NCBI GenBank assembly: GCA_023301685.1
Contig: JALZUG010000012.1
Coordinates: 44,426 to 76,425, forward strand
Length of the DNA stretch: 32,000 nucleotides
Direction of reading: 5' to 3'
Source of the DNA: Rickettsiaceae bacterium
Lineage (GTDB): Bacteria; Pseudomonadota; Alphaproteobacteria; Rickettsiales; Rickettsiaceae
Part shown: one piece after another, positions 1-9,730 of the stretch
Layout of the letters: each line of letters opens with the position of its first letter
How positions within the stretch are numbered: position 1 is the first letter of the stretch
Notes under the pieces: model-generated
Told to the model about the DNA's origin: nothing
Databases searched by the model: none
The model's input: only the letters and a program-made list of their open reading frames with translations
Program-made: the position numbers and the translations under genes

Positions 1-174
1 CACCTTGGATCTCTTGAATTTAGTAAATTACTCTTAGAACATGCAAATGTTGCTGTTGCTCCGGGCATCGGATTTGGTAAAGAAGGTGATGATTTTGTAA
101 GAATTGGTCTCGTGGAAAACAAAAAAAGAATTAGGCAAGCAACAAAAAATATTCGCCAATTTTTACAAAAATAA
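1..174 (+). CDS. C-terminal fragment of a class I/II PLP-dependent aminotransferase (gene begins upstream of the window)
   Basis: Frame +1 is open from base 1 to TAA at 172-174. It is absent from the ORF track because it has no in-window start. The translation [57 protein letters not shown] matches the typical C-terminal 'V.v.PG..FG..g..fvRi' ending of class I/II aminotransferases. Confidence 0.6.
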   Translation, partial: HLGSLEFSKLLLEHANVAVAPGIGFGKEGDDFVRIGLVENKKRIRQATKNIRQFLQK

Positions 175-192
175 TAGAACCAATTATCTGCA

Positions 193-729
193 ATGTCAGA
201 AATACTTATATTAGTTGATGAGAATGATAAGTTTCTTGGAACTGAAGAGAAAATGAAAGTGCATATAGATGGCCTGCTTCATCGCGCATTTTCTGTAATG
301 ATTTTCAATAGCAAGGGACAATTACTAGTACAAAGACGCGCTAAAAACAAATATCACTCAGCAAAACTATGGGCAAATTCATGCTGTGGACATCCGCGTC
401 TTAACGAGGATAATATGAAGGCCGCTCAAAGACGCTTACAGGAAGAGCTCGGCTTTTCTTGTGAGTTATTAAAAATAACTGAATTAAGCTACTCCTTAAA
501 ACTACAAGATGGATTATATGAAAGAGAATATACTCATATTTTCGCAGGTATCTATGATGGAAGCTTTGAACTTAACCCCAATGAAGTATCAGAAGTTACG
601 TGGATAACACCCCGTGATTTGCGTAGAGAGTCAGTCTCAAACCCTAAGCTATATGCACGCTGGTTTAATTTATATCTGACAGAATATTATAGAGAAATTT
701 TTGAAAATAGCGCTCTACTGTCTCTCTAA
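193..729 (+). CDS. idi: Isopentenyl-diphosphate delta-isomerase, type 1 (Nudix fold)
   Basis: 178 aa. It carries LHRAFSV.IFN..G.LL.QRRA..K..... LW.NSCCGHP (catalytic Cys context as in E. coli Idi WTNSVCGHP), an E-E-LG Nudix-like segment and EREY.H.F. Confidence 0.9.
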   Translation: MSEILILVDENDKFLGTEEKMKVHIDGLLHRAFSVMIFNSKGQLLVQRRAKNKYHSAKLWANSCCGHPRLNEDNMKAAQRRLQEELGFSCELLKITELSYSLKLQDGLYEREYTHIFAGIYDGSFELNPNEVSEVTWITPRDLRRESVSNPKLYARWFNLYLTEYYREIFENSALLSL

Positions 730-1042
730 CAAATAATACTTATACCACATCTTCATCATCGTAGCTTTGCTTGTTACCCCAAGTGTCTCAACATCATCAG
801 TATTGTTTTGCATATATTGATTAATTTTGCTAAAATTAATTTCAAATTTAGATAATTTGGAACTTTTAAAAGCACTTTTATCTTTCTCTAAGTACTTTTA
901 TTTTTCTCTACTGTCTCCATAAGAGATTTTGAGTTCCCCCTATCCTTTAAATTTGTTTTTTAAAGTTGTACTTTGAATGTTTGTATTAAAGGTTTTAGTT
1001 AATATTGGGAATAGTTTAAAATTAATAAATTCAAGAATGATA

Positions 1043-1837
1043 CTATTTCTTCTCCAAATAATACTTATTAGAATCTCTAAGATCCAACATTTTATAATTT
1101 TGATCAAATAGCTTTTTATCTTTATTCAGCAAATGCAAGTATTCATACGCTTCATTAAAACTATTTTCAGGCATTTTAACAATGATATTTTGTTCTAAAT
1201 GCAAGTTCCATCTGCGATTACCATACCTAACTGCAGATTTTATTTTTGATGCTAAATTAGGATATATATTTATATCTGCAAGTAAACTACTAGCATAAAT
1301 ATTTGCATCTTGACCAACTACGTGAAGTAACTCAGCAAAACCTTCTCCACTATGTTTAGTAATACGGTTTCCCTCAGCATCAACAATATACAACTTTCTT
1401 TTAAATTGCCATATAGCGACAGGTTGCCTCTCAACTATTGCTATATATATAGTTGATGGCAATCTTCTTTCTACCATTGCTTTTTTTATCCAAGTAGTAT
1501 CCTCCAAGCGCCCTTTAACTTCTTGCAATTCAACAGAAAAAATTGGCACTCCTTTATCTGCTCTAAGCGCTTGCACAATATCTTTACAAGAAGTGTGTTC
1601 TTGACCTTCTATTTTAATATTCTCTAGAATAAATCCATAGCGTGCAGTAAACTCATTAAATTTGCCTCTTGCCTTTTCTGTATATGAGTCAAAATAGTCA
1701 GTAAATATAAATAAACCAACAAGTAATAATACCCATAATTTTATAAAGAAAATAATTCTGTGGAGCAAAACTTGCCACCTCCTTTTCAAGGAAATAGCAG
1801 CGCTATTTGATCTCTTTGAAACTCTTTTCTTTTTCAT
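1043..1837 (-). CDS. ftsQ: Cell division protein FtsQ (POTRA domain)
   Basis: 264 aa with a basic N-terminus, a single TM segment ([18 protein letters not shown]) and a POTRA-like '[20 protein letters not shown]' region. Its position immediately after ddl, with an ATGA start/stop overlap at 1834-1837, fits the dcw order. Confidence 0.85.
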   Translation of the reverse strand: MKKKRVSKRSNSAAISLKRRWQVLLHRIIFFIKLWVLLLVGLFIFTDYFDSYTEKARGKFNEFTARYGFILENIKIEGQEHTSCKDIVQALRADKGVPIFSVELQEVKGRLEDTTWIKKAMVERRLPSTIYIAIVERQPVAIWQFKRKLYIVDAEGNRITKHSGEGFAELLHVVGQDANIYASSLLADINIYPNLASKIKSAVRYGNRRWNLHLEQNIIVKMPENSFNEAYEYLHLLNKDKKLFDQNYKMLDLRDSNKYYLEKK

Positions 1838-2880
1838 GATTCAAACCTTGCACCCTGCAATATCTTATTCACCAAACTCGTATAATTCACTCCTTTTCCA
1901 GCAACAATTTCAGGGCATATTGATAGGGGAGTCATGCCAGGATGAGTATTTAATTCAAGCATATAAAACTCATTTTCTTGTTCGTTATAGATAAACTCAA
2001 CTCTTATAATTCCATACATACAATCAAAAATTTCACATGCCTGCTCAGATATTTTCATTACTTTTTCGCTAGCATTATCAGCAATTGGAGCAGGTAATAA
2101 ATGATTCGCAAAACCTTCAGTATATTTCACTTCATAATCATAGAAACGTTTTCCTCTAAGAAGCTCAATTTCTAAAACCCCCATAGCTTTTCCATTTAAA
2201 ACAGCCACCTGAATTTCTCTTCCTTCGAGATATTGTTCTACAATGATTTCATCACCATATTTAAACTCATAATCTGCAAAAGAAAAATCATCATCTTCAA
2301 AAACAATTTCTATCCCAACACTTGAACCTTGTGATAGTGGTTTGATTACATATGGCCTAGACATTGGATCATTTTTTAGAGCATCACTCTTGCTGACTAC
2401 AACCGCACGCGCTATCTTAACTCCATTTGCTTTAAAAATCTCATGTGATTTTTTTTTATTTAATGCAAGTGATGATGACAATACTCCGGGGCCAGTATAT
2501 GGCACTCTTAGTATATTTAACAAGCCCGGCAAACACCCGTCTTCCCCATAAGTACCATGCAATGCATTAAATACAGCATCTGGCTCAAGCTTAGCAATTA
2601 CACCAGCAATATCCGCTCCCATATCTATAAACACAACGTAATGTCCGAGCTCCAATAATGAGTCTACAATACCATTTGACGACATAAAAGATACTTCTCT
2701 CTCAGCAGACATACCCGCTCCAACGACAGCTACAAACTTCTTATCACTCGCATTAACAATATTCCATTCCTCAAGCACATATCCAGCTGTTTTAATAAAG
2801 TCCTTTAGCTCTGCTTTGTCTTTATTGCTACAATCGACTATAATAGATTTTTCTTTATAGACTGTATTAAATTCCTGCAT
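1834..2880 (-). CDS. ddl: D-alanine--D-alanine ligase
   Basis: 348 aa with ATP-grasp motifs: [63 protein letters not shown]...[14 protein letters not shown]. The ATG at 2878-2880 overlaps the murB stop by 14 nt. The roughly 45-aa N-terminal leader before the first conserved motif means the true start could be downstream. Confidence 0.92.
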   Translation of the reverse strand: MQEFNTVYKEKSIIVDCSNKDKAELKDFIKTAGYVLEEWNIVNASDKKFVAVVGAGMSAEREVSFMSSNGIVDSLLELGHYVVFIDMGADIAGVIAKLEPDAVFNALHGTYGEDGCLPGLLNILRVPYTGPGVLSSSLALNKKKSHEIFKANGVKIARAVVVSKSDALKNDPMSRPYVIKPLSQGSSVGIEIVFEDDDFSFADYEFKYGDEIIVEQYLEGREIQVAVLNGKAMGVLEIELLRGKRFYDYEVKYTEGFANHLLPAPIADNASEKVMKISEQACEIFDCMYGIIRVEFIYNEQENEFYMLELNTHPGMTPLSICPEIVAGKGVNYTSLVNKILQGARFES

Positions 2881-3760
2881 TTCTTCCTACGCGTTTTATT
2901 TCCCAATTTAATTCGATTCCAGAAACTTCCTTCACTCGCTTTCTTACAAACTCTCCTAAATCTTCCATATTAGATGCACTAGCTGTACCATCATTTATCA
3001 TGAAATTACAATGTTTTTGAGACATTGAAGCTCCTCCGATTGTATACCCTCTAAGCTCAGCATCGTCAATCAACTCCCAAGCTTTGTGCCCATCTGGGTT
3101 TGCAAACGTACTTCCACCTGTTTTTTCTGTTATTGGCTGAGTTTCCGAGCGTTTTTGGTTAATTTCATCCATTTTAGATTGAATCTGATCTGAATTTCCC
3201 GCCTTGTTCTTAAAAATTACTTTTGTAAATATTAAGCCTTTAGGTAAAGCATTCTTTCTATAAGAAAAACCCATTTCTTCACATGAGAAATTCTTATAAT
3301 TACCATCTTTGTCAATAGTTTCTACCGATATAACTAAATTTTTAAACTCTGAACCATAAGCTCCTGCATTCATAGCAACGCCACCACCTATAGTCCCCGG
3401 AATTCCAACAAGAAATTCAAATCCTTGTATAGATTTTGTGGCAGCAAATTTCGCTAAATTATAGTTTAAACAACCAGTACCAACAGCTAAATTACCATCT
3501 GATAGCTCTTCAATCCGTGTAAAGGAACGCCCAAGCTTTACTACGACCCCTTGTACTCCACCATCTCTAATAATAATATTTGAACCAGCGCCAAGTACCA
3601 TCACCTCAAGATTGGAATCTTTTTCTTTTAAAAAATACGCAAGGTCTTCTGAATCTTCAGGCTTAAATAAAATATCTGCATTACCACCAACTTTAAACCA
3701 AGTAAGGTGAGCTATATTATAATCAAACTTATATTTACCCCTTACTTTTGGTAAATTCAT
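2867..3760 (-). CDS. murB: UDP-N-acetylenolpyruvoylglucosamine reductase
   Basis: 297 aa with an FAD-binding domain ([42 protein letters not shown]) and a C-terminal MurB motif (GSTFANP...AWELID..GLRGY.IGGA..S.KH.NF.IN). Confidence 0.93.
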   Translation of the reverse strand: MNLPKVRGKYKFDYNIAHLTWFKVGGNADILFKPEDSEDLAYFLKEKDSNLEVMVLGAGSNIIIRDGGVQGVVVKLGRSFTRIEELSDGNLAVGTGCLNYNLAKFAATKSIQGFEFLVGIPGTIGGGVAMNAGAYGSEFKNLVISVETIDKDGNYKNFSCEEMGFSYRKNALPKGLIFTKVIFKNKAGNSDQIQSKMDEINQKRSETQPITEKTGGSTFANPDGHKAWELIDDAELRGYTIGGASMSQKHCNFMINDGTASASNMEDLGEFVRKRVKEVSGIELNWEIKRVGRNAGI

Positions 3761-3780
3761 ATTATTTCTATATTCTCGTA

Positions 3781-5229
3781 TTAATTTACTGTTACAGTAT
3801 TTGTATCTATTTTTTCTAGCTTTTCAGGCAATTGGTTTGCCCAAGTCGTTATGCTTCCTGCACCCATCATAAGAACTATATCGCCTTCTTTTACTTCCGC
3901 TGCAACAACAGATGTTATATCTTCATGACTTAGATATTCTGCATCAACAGAATTCTTATTGATTGCCTCAACTAGAGTCTTGCTGTTAATACCTTCAATT
4001 GGCGAGTCACCAGCCGAAAACACATCCAAAATATATACTTTATCAGACTTAGAGAAACAATCTGCAAAGTCAGAAAATAAATTTTCCAGTCTTGTATATC
4101 TATGGGGCTGGAATATAGAGATAACTCTACCCTTCCTTTTAGATACCACATCTCTTGCCGTAGAGAGAGTTGCTTCGATTTCCACTGGGTGATGCGCGTA
4201 ATCATCTATTATTTCTGCACCATTATACTTTCCAACTAGAGTAAAACGCCTTTTTACTCCTTGAAAGTTTTTAAATCCATTTTTTATTACCTTTAAACCA
4301 AAATCCAGTTCTACCCCAATAGCAATTGCTGATAAAGCATTTAACACATTGTGCTTTCCAGGTGTTGGAATTGTAATACGCTCTATAATTGTATCGCCAC
4401 TTGTATTTTGCTGTTTTATTCTAATATCGAATGTAGAAGAATATGTATCAGAAGTAATATTATAAGCAACTATTTGAGCATCTTCGCTTTCAATACCATA
4501 AGTAATAACACGTCTTTCGGTTATATTATCCACTAACTCTCTAACAACTGGATGATCTATACAAGCAACACCAAAGCCATAAAATGGCAAATTACGTATA
4601 AAGCTTTTAAACGCAGCCTTTAACGTATCAAAATCCTTGTAGTAATCCATATGTTCTGGATCAATATTTGTAATTACTCCAATAGTAGATGGAATTTTTA
4701 TAAATGTAGCATCAGACTCGTCTGCTTCTACTACTAAATAATCCCCATGCCCTAAATATGCATTTGTTGATTTGTTATTGATTACTCCACCATTAATTAC
4801 TGTTGGATCTAAACCCGCTGCTTCAAATAAGCAAGCAACTAATGAAGTAGTAGTAGTTTTTCCGTGTGAGCCTGAAATGGCCACTGAACATTTAAGTCGC
4901 ATCAATTCAGCAAGCATTTCGGCCCGTCTGATTACTGGAATCATTAGCTTCCTTGCGGCAACTACTTCAGGATTATCATTTTTAACTGCTGTAGAAACAA
5001 CCACATACGAAACATTTTTCAAATTAGATGCATCATGCCCTTCGAATACTTTTATTCCATGCGCCTCTAATCTTCTAGTATTATTATTTACCGCTAAATC
5101 TGAACCTTGAACGCTATAGCCAAGATTATTCATAATTTCTGCTATCCCACTCATTCCAATACCACCTATACCAACAAAATGAATAGTATTTAAAGTCCCT
5201 TTTTTTCTTTTCATTTCAAGTAGCAACAT
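3781..5229 (-). CDS. murC: UDP-N-acetylmuramate--L-alanine ligase
   Basis: 482 aa with [17 protein letters not shown], a Mur ligase P-loop ([13 protein letters not shown]), [10 protein letters not shown] and [10 protein letters not shown]. The real start may be the internal Met at MKRKKG, 5 codons downstream. Confidence 0.93.
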   Translation of the reverse strand: MLLLEMKRKKGTLNTIHFVGIGGIGMSGIAEIMNNLGYSVQGSDLAVNNNTRRLEAHGIKVFEGHDASNLKNVSYVVVSTAVKNDNPEVVAARKLMIPVIRRAEMLAELMRLKCSVAISGSHGKTTTTSLVACLFEAAGLDPTVINGGVINNKSTNAYLGHGDYLVVEADESDATFIKIPSTIGVITNIDPEHMDYYKDFDTLKAAFKSFIRNLPFYGFGVACIDHPVVRELVDNITERRVITYGIESEDAQIVAYNITSDTYSSTFDIRIKQQNTSGDTIIERITIPTPGKHNVLNALSAIAIGVELDFGLKVIKNGFKNFQGVKRRFTLVGKYNGAEIIDDYAHHPVEIEATLSTARDVVSKRKGRVISIFQPHRYTRLENLFSDFADCFSKSDKVYILDVFSAGDSPIEGINSKTLVEAINKNSVDAEYLSHEDITSVVAAEVKEGDIVLMMGAGSITTWANQLPEKLEKIDTNTVTVN

Positions 5230-5416
5230 TTATAGCGATCCTTTATTAAATTTATTGAAATTCATATAGCATAAATCAATATAATTTTAGTATATTTATT
5301 GAAAATATTTTAAATTTTAGATGTCACCACAAACCCCTTAAAACGCTAGTCCATTTATGGCATAAGCAGCAGTGGAATAAAATTAAATATACTAAAGTTA
5401 TATTGTTTAGGCTATA

Positions 5417-5791
5417 TTACTGACTTATGATTACAAATGCAATAGCAATTGGGTAATCATCAGATAAAGAAATATGGATTTTTTTATCAATAAAATCTTT
5501 AGCATGATTACTAAAAATTTCTACATATGGCGCGCCTGATGTATCATTTAAAATTGCTATATCTTTAAATGTCAAATTATCACCGATTCCTGAGCCAAAA
5601 GCCTTAGCTACTGCCTCTTTTCCAGCAAATCTTTTTGCTAAATACGAAATAGCCCTTGATGACTCAAGAGTGAAAAAATGTTCACATTCTTTTGGATGAA
5701 AGTTTTTTTCTAAAAAAGCATCTTTATACTTATCATATATTTTCTCAATCCTATCAATCTGAACTACATCAGTACCAATTCCAACTATCAT
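5417..5791 (-). CDS. acpS: Holo-[acyl-carrier-protein] synthase (4'-phosphopantetheinyl transferase)
   Basis: 124 aa. It shows MIVGIGTDVVQIDRIEK, FAGKEAVAKAFG and HISLSDD...A.A.VI, the typical AcpS layout and length. Confidence 0.88.
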   Translation of the reverse strand: MIVGIGTDVVQIDRIEKIYDKYKDAFLEKNFHPKECEHFFTLESSRAISYLAKRFAGKEAVAKAFGSGIGDNLTFKDIAILNDTSGAPYVEIFSNHAKDFIDKKIHISLSDDYPIAIAFVIISQ

Positions 5792-5891
5792 AAATATTCG
5801 TTCAACTAAAAAATCAGTTATTTATTTTCAAGTCAACTATACTATGTTTTTATAATCAAGTAAAAAGCAAATTATTCAATAGGGGAAACCA

Positions 5892-7661
5892 ATGAGCAAA
5901 ACATATCAAATTTCTTCTTCAGACCTAGAGATATACGTTGATTCTGCAGAAGCAACAAGCGAAAAACACCCTTTGTCAAATTGGCTAAGCCTCCAATCGC
6001 AAATTTATGTAGAAGGAATACATGAACTTCACTCAACACTAAACCAAAATCCAGCCCCAGACATTGAACAAATCAGAAAAGATAATGCAGCTAAACTTTT
6101 ACGTGACCTAGAAAGAGTGTCAAAACGTCAAGACTTAAATAATTCTAGAGTTCAAATACCCGAGTTTAAACAAGAATTCTACGAAGAATTATCTAAGCCG
6201 ATTGCTGAAAGATCACAAGAATATAACAATTTTATTCAAGCATGCTGCGACGAACTTAAACCATCTAGACATTTGCCAGAAGTTATTGCAGCGCAAGCGC
6301 TTCAAAAGCTAGATGAACCTAACTTAGATTTTGATGATTTCAAACAATCATTCGAAAAAAATATACATAAATATAAGGAGCCATATAAGGCACAAACCAC
6401 AGCAGATCATAATAGAGGAGCCATTCTATACAAGGGCCCAGATGGAAAAACTCGCCACCTCACAGTAGAAGAATTAATGAACTCGAAAGAAGTTAATTTA
6501 TCCGGAGAACAGCGAGATTTCGTACAAAGTTCTTGGCAACAAGGGTCCTTTTTTTGTGGTTGGTTTAATGGCTTGCCACAATCAGCACGCATGCAAGGTG
6601 CTAATGACACTCGCAATCTTGTACCATATAATTCACCAAACTTCACTCAAACTTTTATTGACGCATCTGATGGTAATGTCAAAGTATATAATAGATTAGA
6701 AGCAAGTCTTATTGATGTGGAATCAATGGAAATAAAACCATTTTTTGAAAGTTCAGTAACTGTTGATATCACTACTCTAGATGGAGATCAATTCGCTCCT
6801 GGAATAGCATCGGCAAAACCCAAAATTTCATTTGATATTACCGAGCTTGATGAATCTATAACCCTAAGCATACCTAATACTCTTAAAACATCTTCCAAAG
6901 ACAAAAATATTTCTGAATACATAAAACAAGAAGCAGCTGTTGGCTATATATATATGTTAGAAAATGATATTGAAAAAGATCGCGCTTGGAATTCCATTGA
7001 ATCTTTAATGGGAGCAGAAAATGCATCAGATTATATTATAAAAAATATGGATCTTAATAAATTATCTATAGATGATGTTGAAATTCTTGCTAAAACCCCT
7101 CCTAAAAACATAAAGCCTAGCAGAAAAAAACTATTAGCTAACAGAATTAATGAACTTACTGTTGAACAAAAAGGAAATGAATTAGATCCAGGACAATTCG
7201 CAAAAGCAGTAGAGTTATTTAATAAATTTGAATCTGATAATAATATTAGGCGAGGCTTTGCCGAACAAAAACTTGATGAATATTTATCAGCTCAGACTAG
7301 CTCCACCCTAAATGACAAAGAACTAAACTATATTAAAAATGGCATTATTTCTATCATGTCGCCTTCTTGCTCATCTGATGCAGAGAGAACAGCTCTTAAA
7401 GATAATGCTGAAAAAATCATCAGACAATGCGCATCAGATAAAAACCAAAAAATGAGCTTTTCACAAAAATGGCAAAAATTTAAAGATACTATATCGGATA
7501 TAGGAAACTGGCTGATTGGCAGAGAAAATAAGGCTAGAAACCTTATGAAAGAAAATCCAGGAATTGTAACAAAAGTTTCCAAGCATTTATCAAGCGAGGG
7601 TTCTACAAAAACAAAACCACCATCTGCAAAAAAAGCTAAGCTTGGCGGACCAAGTATTTAA
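5892..7661 (+). CDS. Hypothetical protein, 589 aa, no signal peptide or TM segment; candidate secreted effector
   Basis: Long uninterrupted ORF with GGGGA 5-6 nt upstream of the ATG. The composition is protein-like and hydrophilic. I recognise no family motif. The C-terminus is Lys-rich (TKTKPPSAKKAKLGGPSI). Confidence 0.7.
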   Translation: MSKTYQISSSDLEIYVDSAEATSEKHPLSNWLSLQSQIYVEGIHELHSTLNQNPAPDIEQIRKDNAAKLLRDLERVSKRQDLNNSRVQIPEFKQEFYEELSKPIAERSQEYNNFIQACCDELKPSRHLPEVIAAQALQKLDEPNLDFDDFKQSFEKNIHKYKEPYKAQTTADHNRGAILYKGPDGKTRHLTVEELMNSKEVNLSGEQRDFVQSSWQQGSFFCGWFNGLPQSARMQGANDTRNLVPYNSPNFTQTFIDASDGNVKVYNRLEASLIDVESMEIKPFFESSVTVDITTLDGDQFAPGIASAKPKISFDITELDESITLSIPNTLKTSSKDKNISEYIKQEAAVGYIYMLENDIEKDRAWNSIESLMGAENASDYIIKNMDLNKLSIDDVEILAKTPPKNIKPSRKKLLANRINELTVEQKGNELDPGQFAKAVELFNKFESDNNIRRGFAEQKLDEYLSAQTSSTLNDKELNYIKNGIISIMSPSCSSDAERTALKDNAEKIIRQCASDKNQKMSFSQKWQKFKDTISDIGNWLIGRENKARNLMKENPGIVTKVSKHLSSEGSTKTKPPSAKKAKLGGPSI

Positions 7662-7832
7662 TAAAGAAAATTTATATAGTTAATTAATATATGCAAAACA
7701 CTATATGTTACCAATTTAAGTTACTATGTTATTTTATCTCCTTGTAGATATTGAAAGACCTAGCTACAAAAAGCAGAGCTTATGTTAAACGACAAGTCAT
7801 AATATTCTTATGCAAGATCTATAAAAAAACAT

Positions 7833-9098
7833 TTAAATTACTAATGGCAATGGGTTCAAACTAAGCTTTACTTTAAATCTATCTGATTTATATAAAAAGC
7901 TCTTTTGATTAGATATTTTCTGAGATGCAAAATATAAATTAGCCGAAGAATTATCTGAATTTGTACTATCGATTAATTTCATTAGATTATCCCTTTTTGC
8001 AAGGTCCTTTGATGAAGAAAAAAAGCTTCTTTGTTCATTTTCTTTAGGTCGAATATCAAAAAGCATTATACCGGTTTTCTTATATTTAACCCCTTGTTTA
8101 AATATATTTTTTATACATTCCTTAGATTTTGCCAATAAAACATTAGTTGCATCTGTTGGTACATCTAGCATTATAGTATATTCATTTTTATATTGCTTAC
8201 TGTAATTACTAAAACGATTTGTACGCATTGAAACCATCACTCCTCCAGCCAAACATTTTTGCTTCCTAAGCCTTATAGCCGCTTTTGCAATATGATTAGC
8301 AACAGATTCTTCGATTAAATTCAAATCTTGAATTGTCTTTTCAAAACTTCTTGATGATATTATTGTTTTTTTATGGGAACTATCCCTAAAATCTATACAA
8401 GGAATACCGCGTAATTCTAAAGCTGTTTTTTCTCCCATAATACCTAGAGATCTTCTAATCATTTTAAGATCAGCTAAACTTAGATCGAGCGCAGTATTAA
8501 TACCCATACGCCGAATACGCTTACCTAAATTATAAGATATTCCCCAAACTTCTTCTACTGCAACAGAAGCTAAAGCACATTTTAGCATTTCTTTATCTCT
8601 AATATCAAAAACACCATTCTTAGAATATTTTTTGGCCATATGATTCGCTATTTTTGCCAGAGTTCTAGTTGGTGCCAAGCCCAATGAAACTGGAATACCC
8701 GTCCACTTTCTTACTTTTTTACATAAATCAACACTATAAGATTGAAAATCACAACCAGCTAAGCTTTCCAAATGCAAAAACGCTTCATCAACTGAATATT
8801 TCTCAACATCTGGCGCTAACTCTTTTAATACATTCATTACACGCCTTGACATATCACCATATAATTGAAAATTTGAAGAAAAAACTTTACCTCCATTTTT
8901 CTCAAATAAGCTACGCCATTTAAAATACGGTGCACCCATTGGAATACCGATTTTTTTTGCTTCATTAGAACGCGCAACAATACACCCATCATTACCAGAT
9001 AAGACCACAACAGGTTTATTGTTTAATTCAGGTTTAAAAACTCTTTCGCATGATGCAAAAAAATTATTACAATCAACAAGCGCAAATACTTTTTCCAT
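7833..9098 (-). CDS. umuC: Y-family DNA polymerase V catalytic subunit UmuC
   Basis: 421 aa, near-colinear by eye with E. coli UmuC. Shared segments are FALVDCNNFFASCERVF.P.L..KPVVVLS.NDGC..ARS.EAK..G..MG.P.F and YSVDEAF (catalytic Asp/Glu). It lies 3 nt downstream of umuD. Confidence 0.9.
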   Translation of the reverse strand: MEKVFALVDCNNFFASCERVFKPELNNKPVVVLSGNDGCIVARSNEAKKIGIPMGAPYFKWRSLFEKNGGKVFSSNFQLYGDMSRRVMNVLKELAPDVEKYSVDEAFLHLESLAGCDFQSYSVDLCKKVRKWTGIPVSLGLAPTRTLAKIANHMAKKYSKNGVFDIRDKEMLKCALASVAVEEVWGISYNLGKRIRRMGINTALDLSLADLKMIRRSLGIMGEKTALELRGIPCIDFRDSSHKKTIISSRSFEKTIQDLNLIEESVANHIAKAAIRLRKQKCLAGGVMVSMRTNRFSNYSKQYKNEYTIMLDVPTDATNVLLAKSKECIKNIFKQGVKYKKTGIMLFDIRPKENEQRSFFSSSKDLAKRDNLMKLIDSTNSDNSSANLYFASQKISNQKSFLYKSDRFKVKLSLNPLPLVI

Positions 9099-9101
9099 AA
9101 T

Positions 9102-9512
9102 TTATACCTTATGTATTACGTAATTCACCACACCCCAAATTACTGATTCTATATCATTATTTATTTCCATTGGTTCATACTCCTTATTTTCTGGCATTAG
9201 TAAAACCTTATTACGCAGCTTATATAAGCGTCTAATCAATAATTCTTCACCAATAGTTACTATCACAATCCTTCCATGTTTAGCAGATAAACTACGATCA
9301 ACTACTAATATATCTCCAGACCATATTCCTGCATCTTTCATAGCATCACTTTTCACTTGCATGAAAAATGTTGCAGCTTCATGTTTTACCAAAAGCTTAT
9401 TTAAATCTAAATTACTTGCAATATTATCATCTGCCGGAGATGGAAAACCTGCAGAAATTTTACTAGAATAATACGGAATAGCTGGGAAATTTACATCTGT
9501 TTTTTCTAACAT
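9102..9512 (-). CDS. umuD: UmuD-like S24 (LexA/UmuD) family protein with substituted Ser/Lys dyad
   Basis: 136 aa. It aligns with UmuD/LexA through SAGFPSPADD, LDLN.LL..H..ATFF..V..D.M.D.GI..GD.L.VD, HG.IV and LMPEN. Ala-Gly is kept at positions 21-22. The nucleophile position is Ala57 (VKSDAMKD) and the general-base position is Arg94 (LIRRL). Confidence 0.88.
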   Translation of the reverse strand: MLEKTDVNFPAIPYYSSKISAGFPSPADDNIASNLDLNKLLVKHEAATFFMQVKSDAMKDAGIWSGDILVVDRSLSAKHGRIVIVTIGEELLIRRLYKLRNKVLLMPENKEYEPMEINNDIESVIWGVVNYVIHKV

Positions 9513-9595
9513 AATAACCTCTTCTTCATCTATGTAAAATTTAGAATATTAGATTTTTGTACGGTTTTCAAGATGTAAATTTGCAACTACAAAAA

Positions 9596-9700
9596 AACAT
9601 GAGTCATTGCAAGCATCAGCAAAGCAATCCAGTTATTTAGTATACCCAATATATAATATATTGAAATAATGGGCTGCTACACATATATCCCTCAATGACG
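9596..9700. repeat. Solitary palindromic intergenic element (RPE-like), inverted relative to the 13-kb array
   Basis: The left arm GTCATTGCAAGCATCAGCAAAGCAATCCAG (from 9603) is similar to the reverse complement of the right arm of the unit at 13359-13465 (GTCATTGCGAGCGAAGCGTGGCAATCCAG). The right arm ends ...CCCTCAATGACGA, giving imperfect terminal inverted repeats. It lies between the umuD start and the spoT stop. Confidence 0.55.
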
Positions 9701-9730
9701 ATAACTAAATGTAGCAAGACTAAACCCGAA

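Noticed and set aside
5851-5856. Perfect TATAAT 35 nt upstream of the 589-aa ORF, considered as a promoter -10
   Set aside because: The best -35 at suitable spacing is poor (TTCAAG/TCAAGT). TATAAT-like hexamers occur frequently by chance in DNA this AT-rich, so it is not reported as a feature.
9513-9600. SOS box / LexA operator upstream of umuD
   Set aside because: I found neither the alphaproteobacterial GTTC-N7-GTTC (GAAC-N7-GAAC) nor the E. coli-type CTGT-N8-ACAG. The only pattern is a loose direct repeat ATGTAAA(A)TTT about 40 bp apart, which is insufficient evidence in AT-rich DNA.
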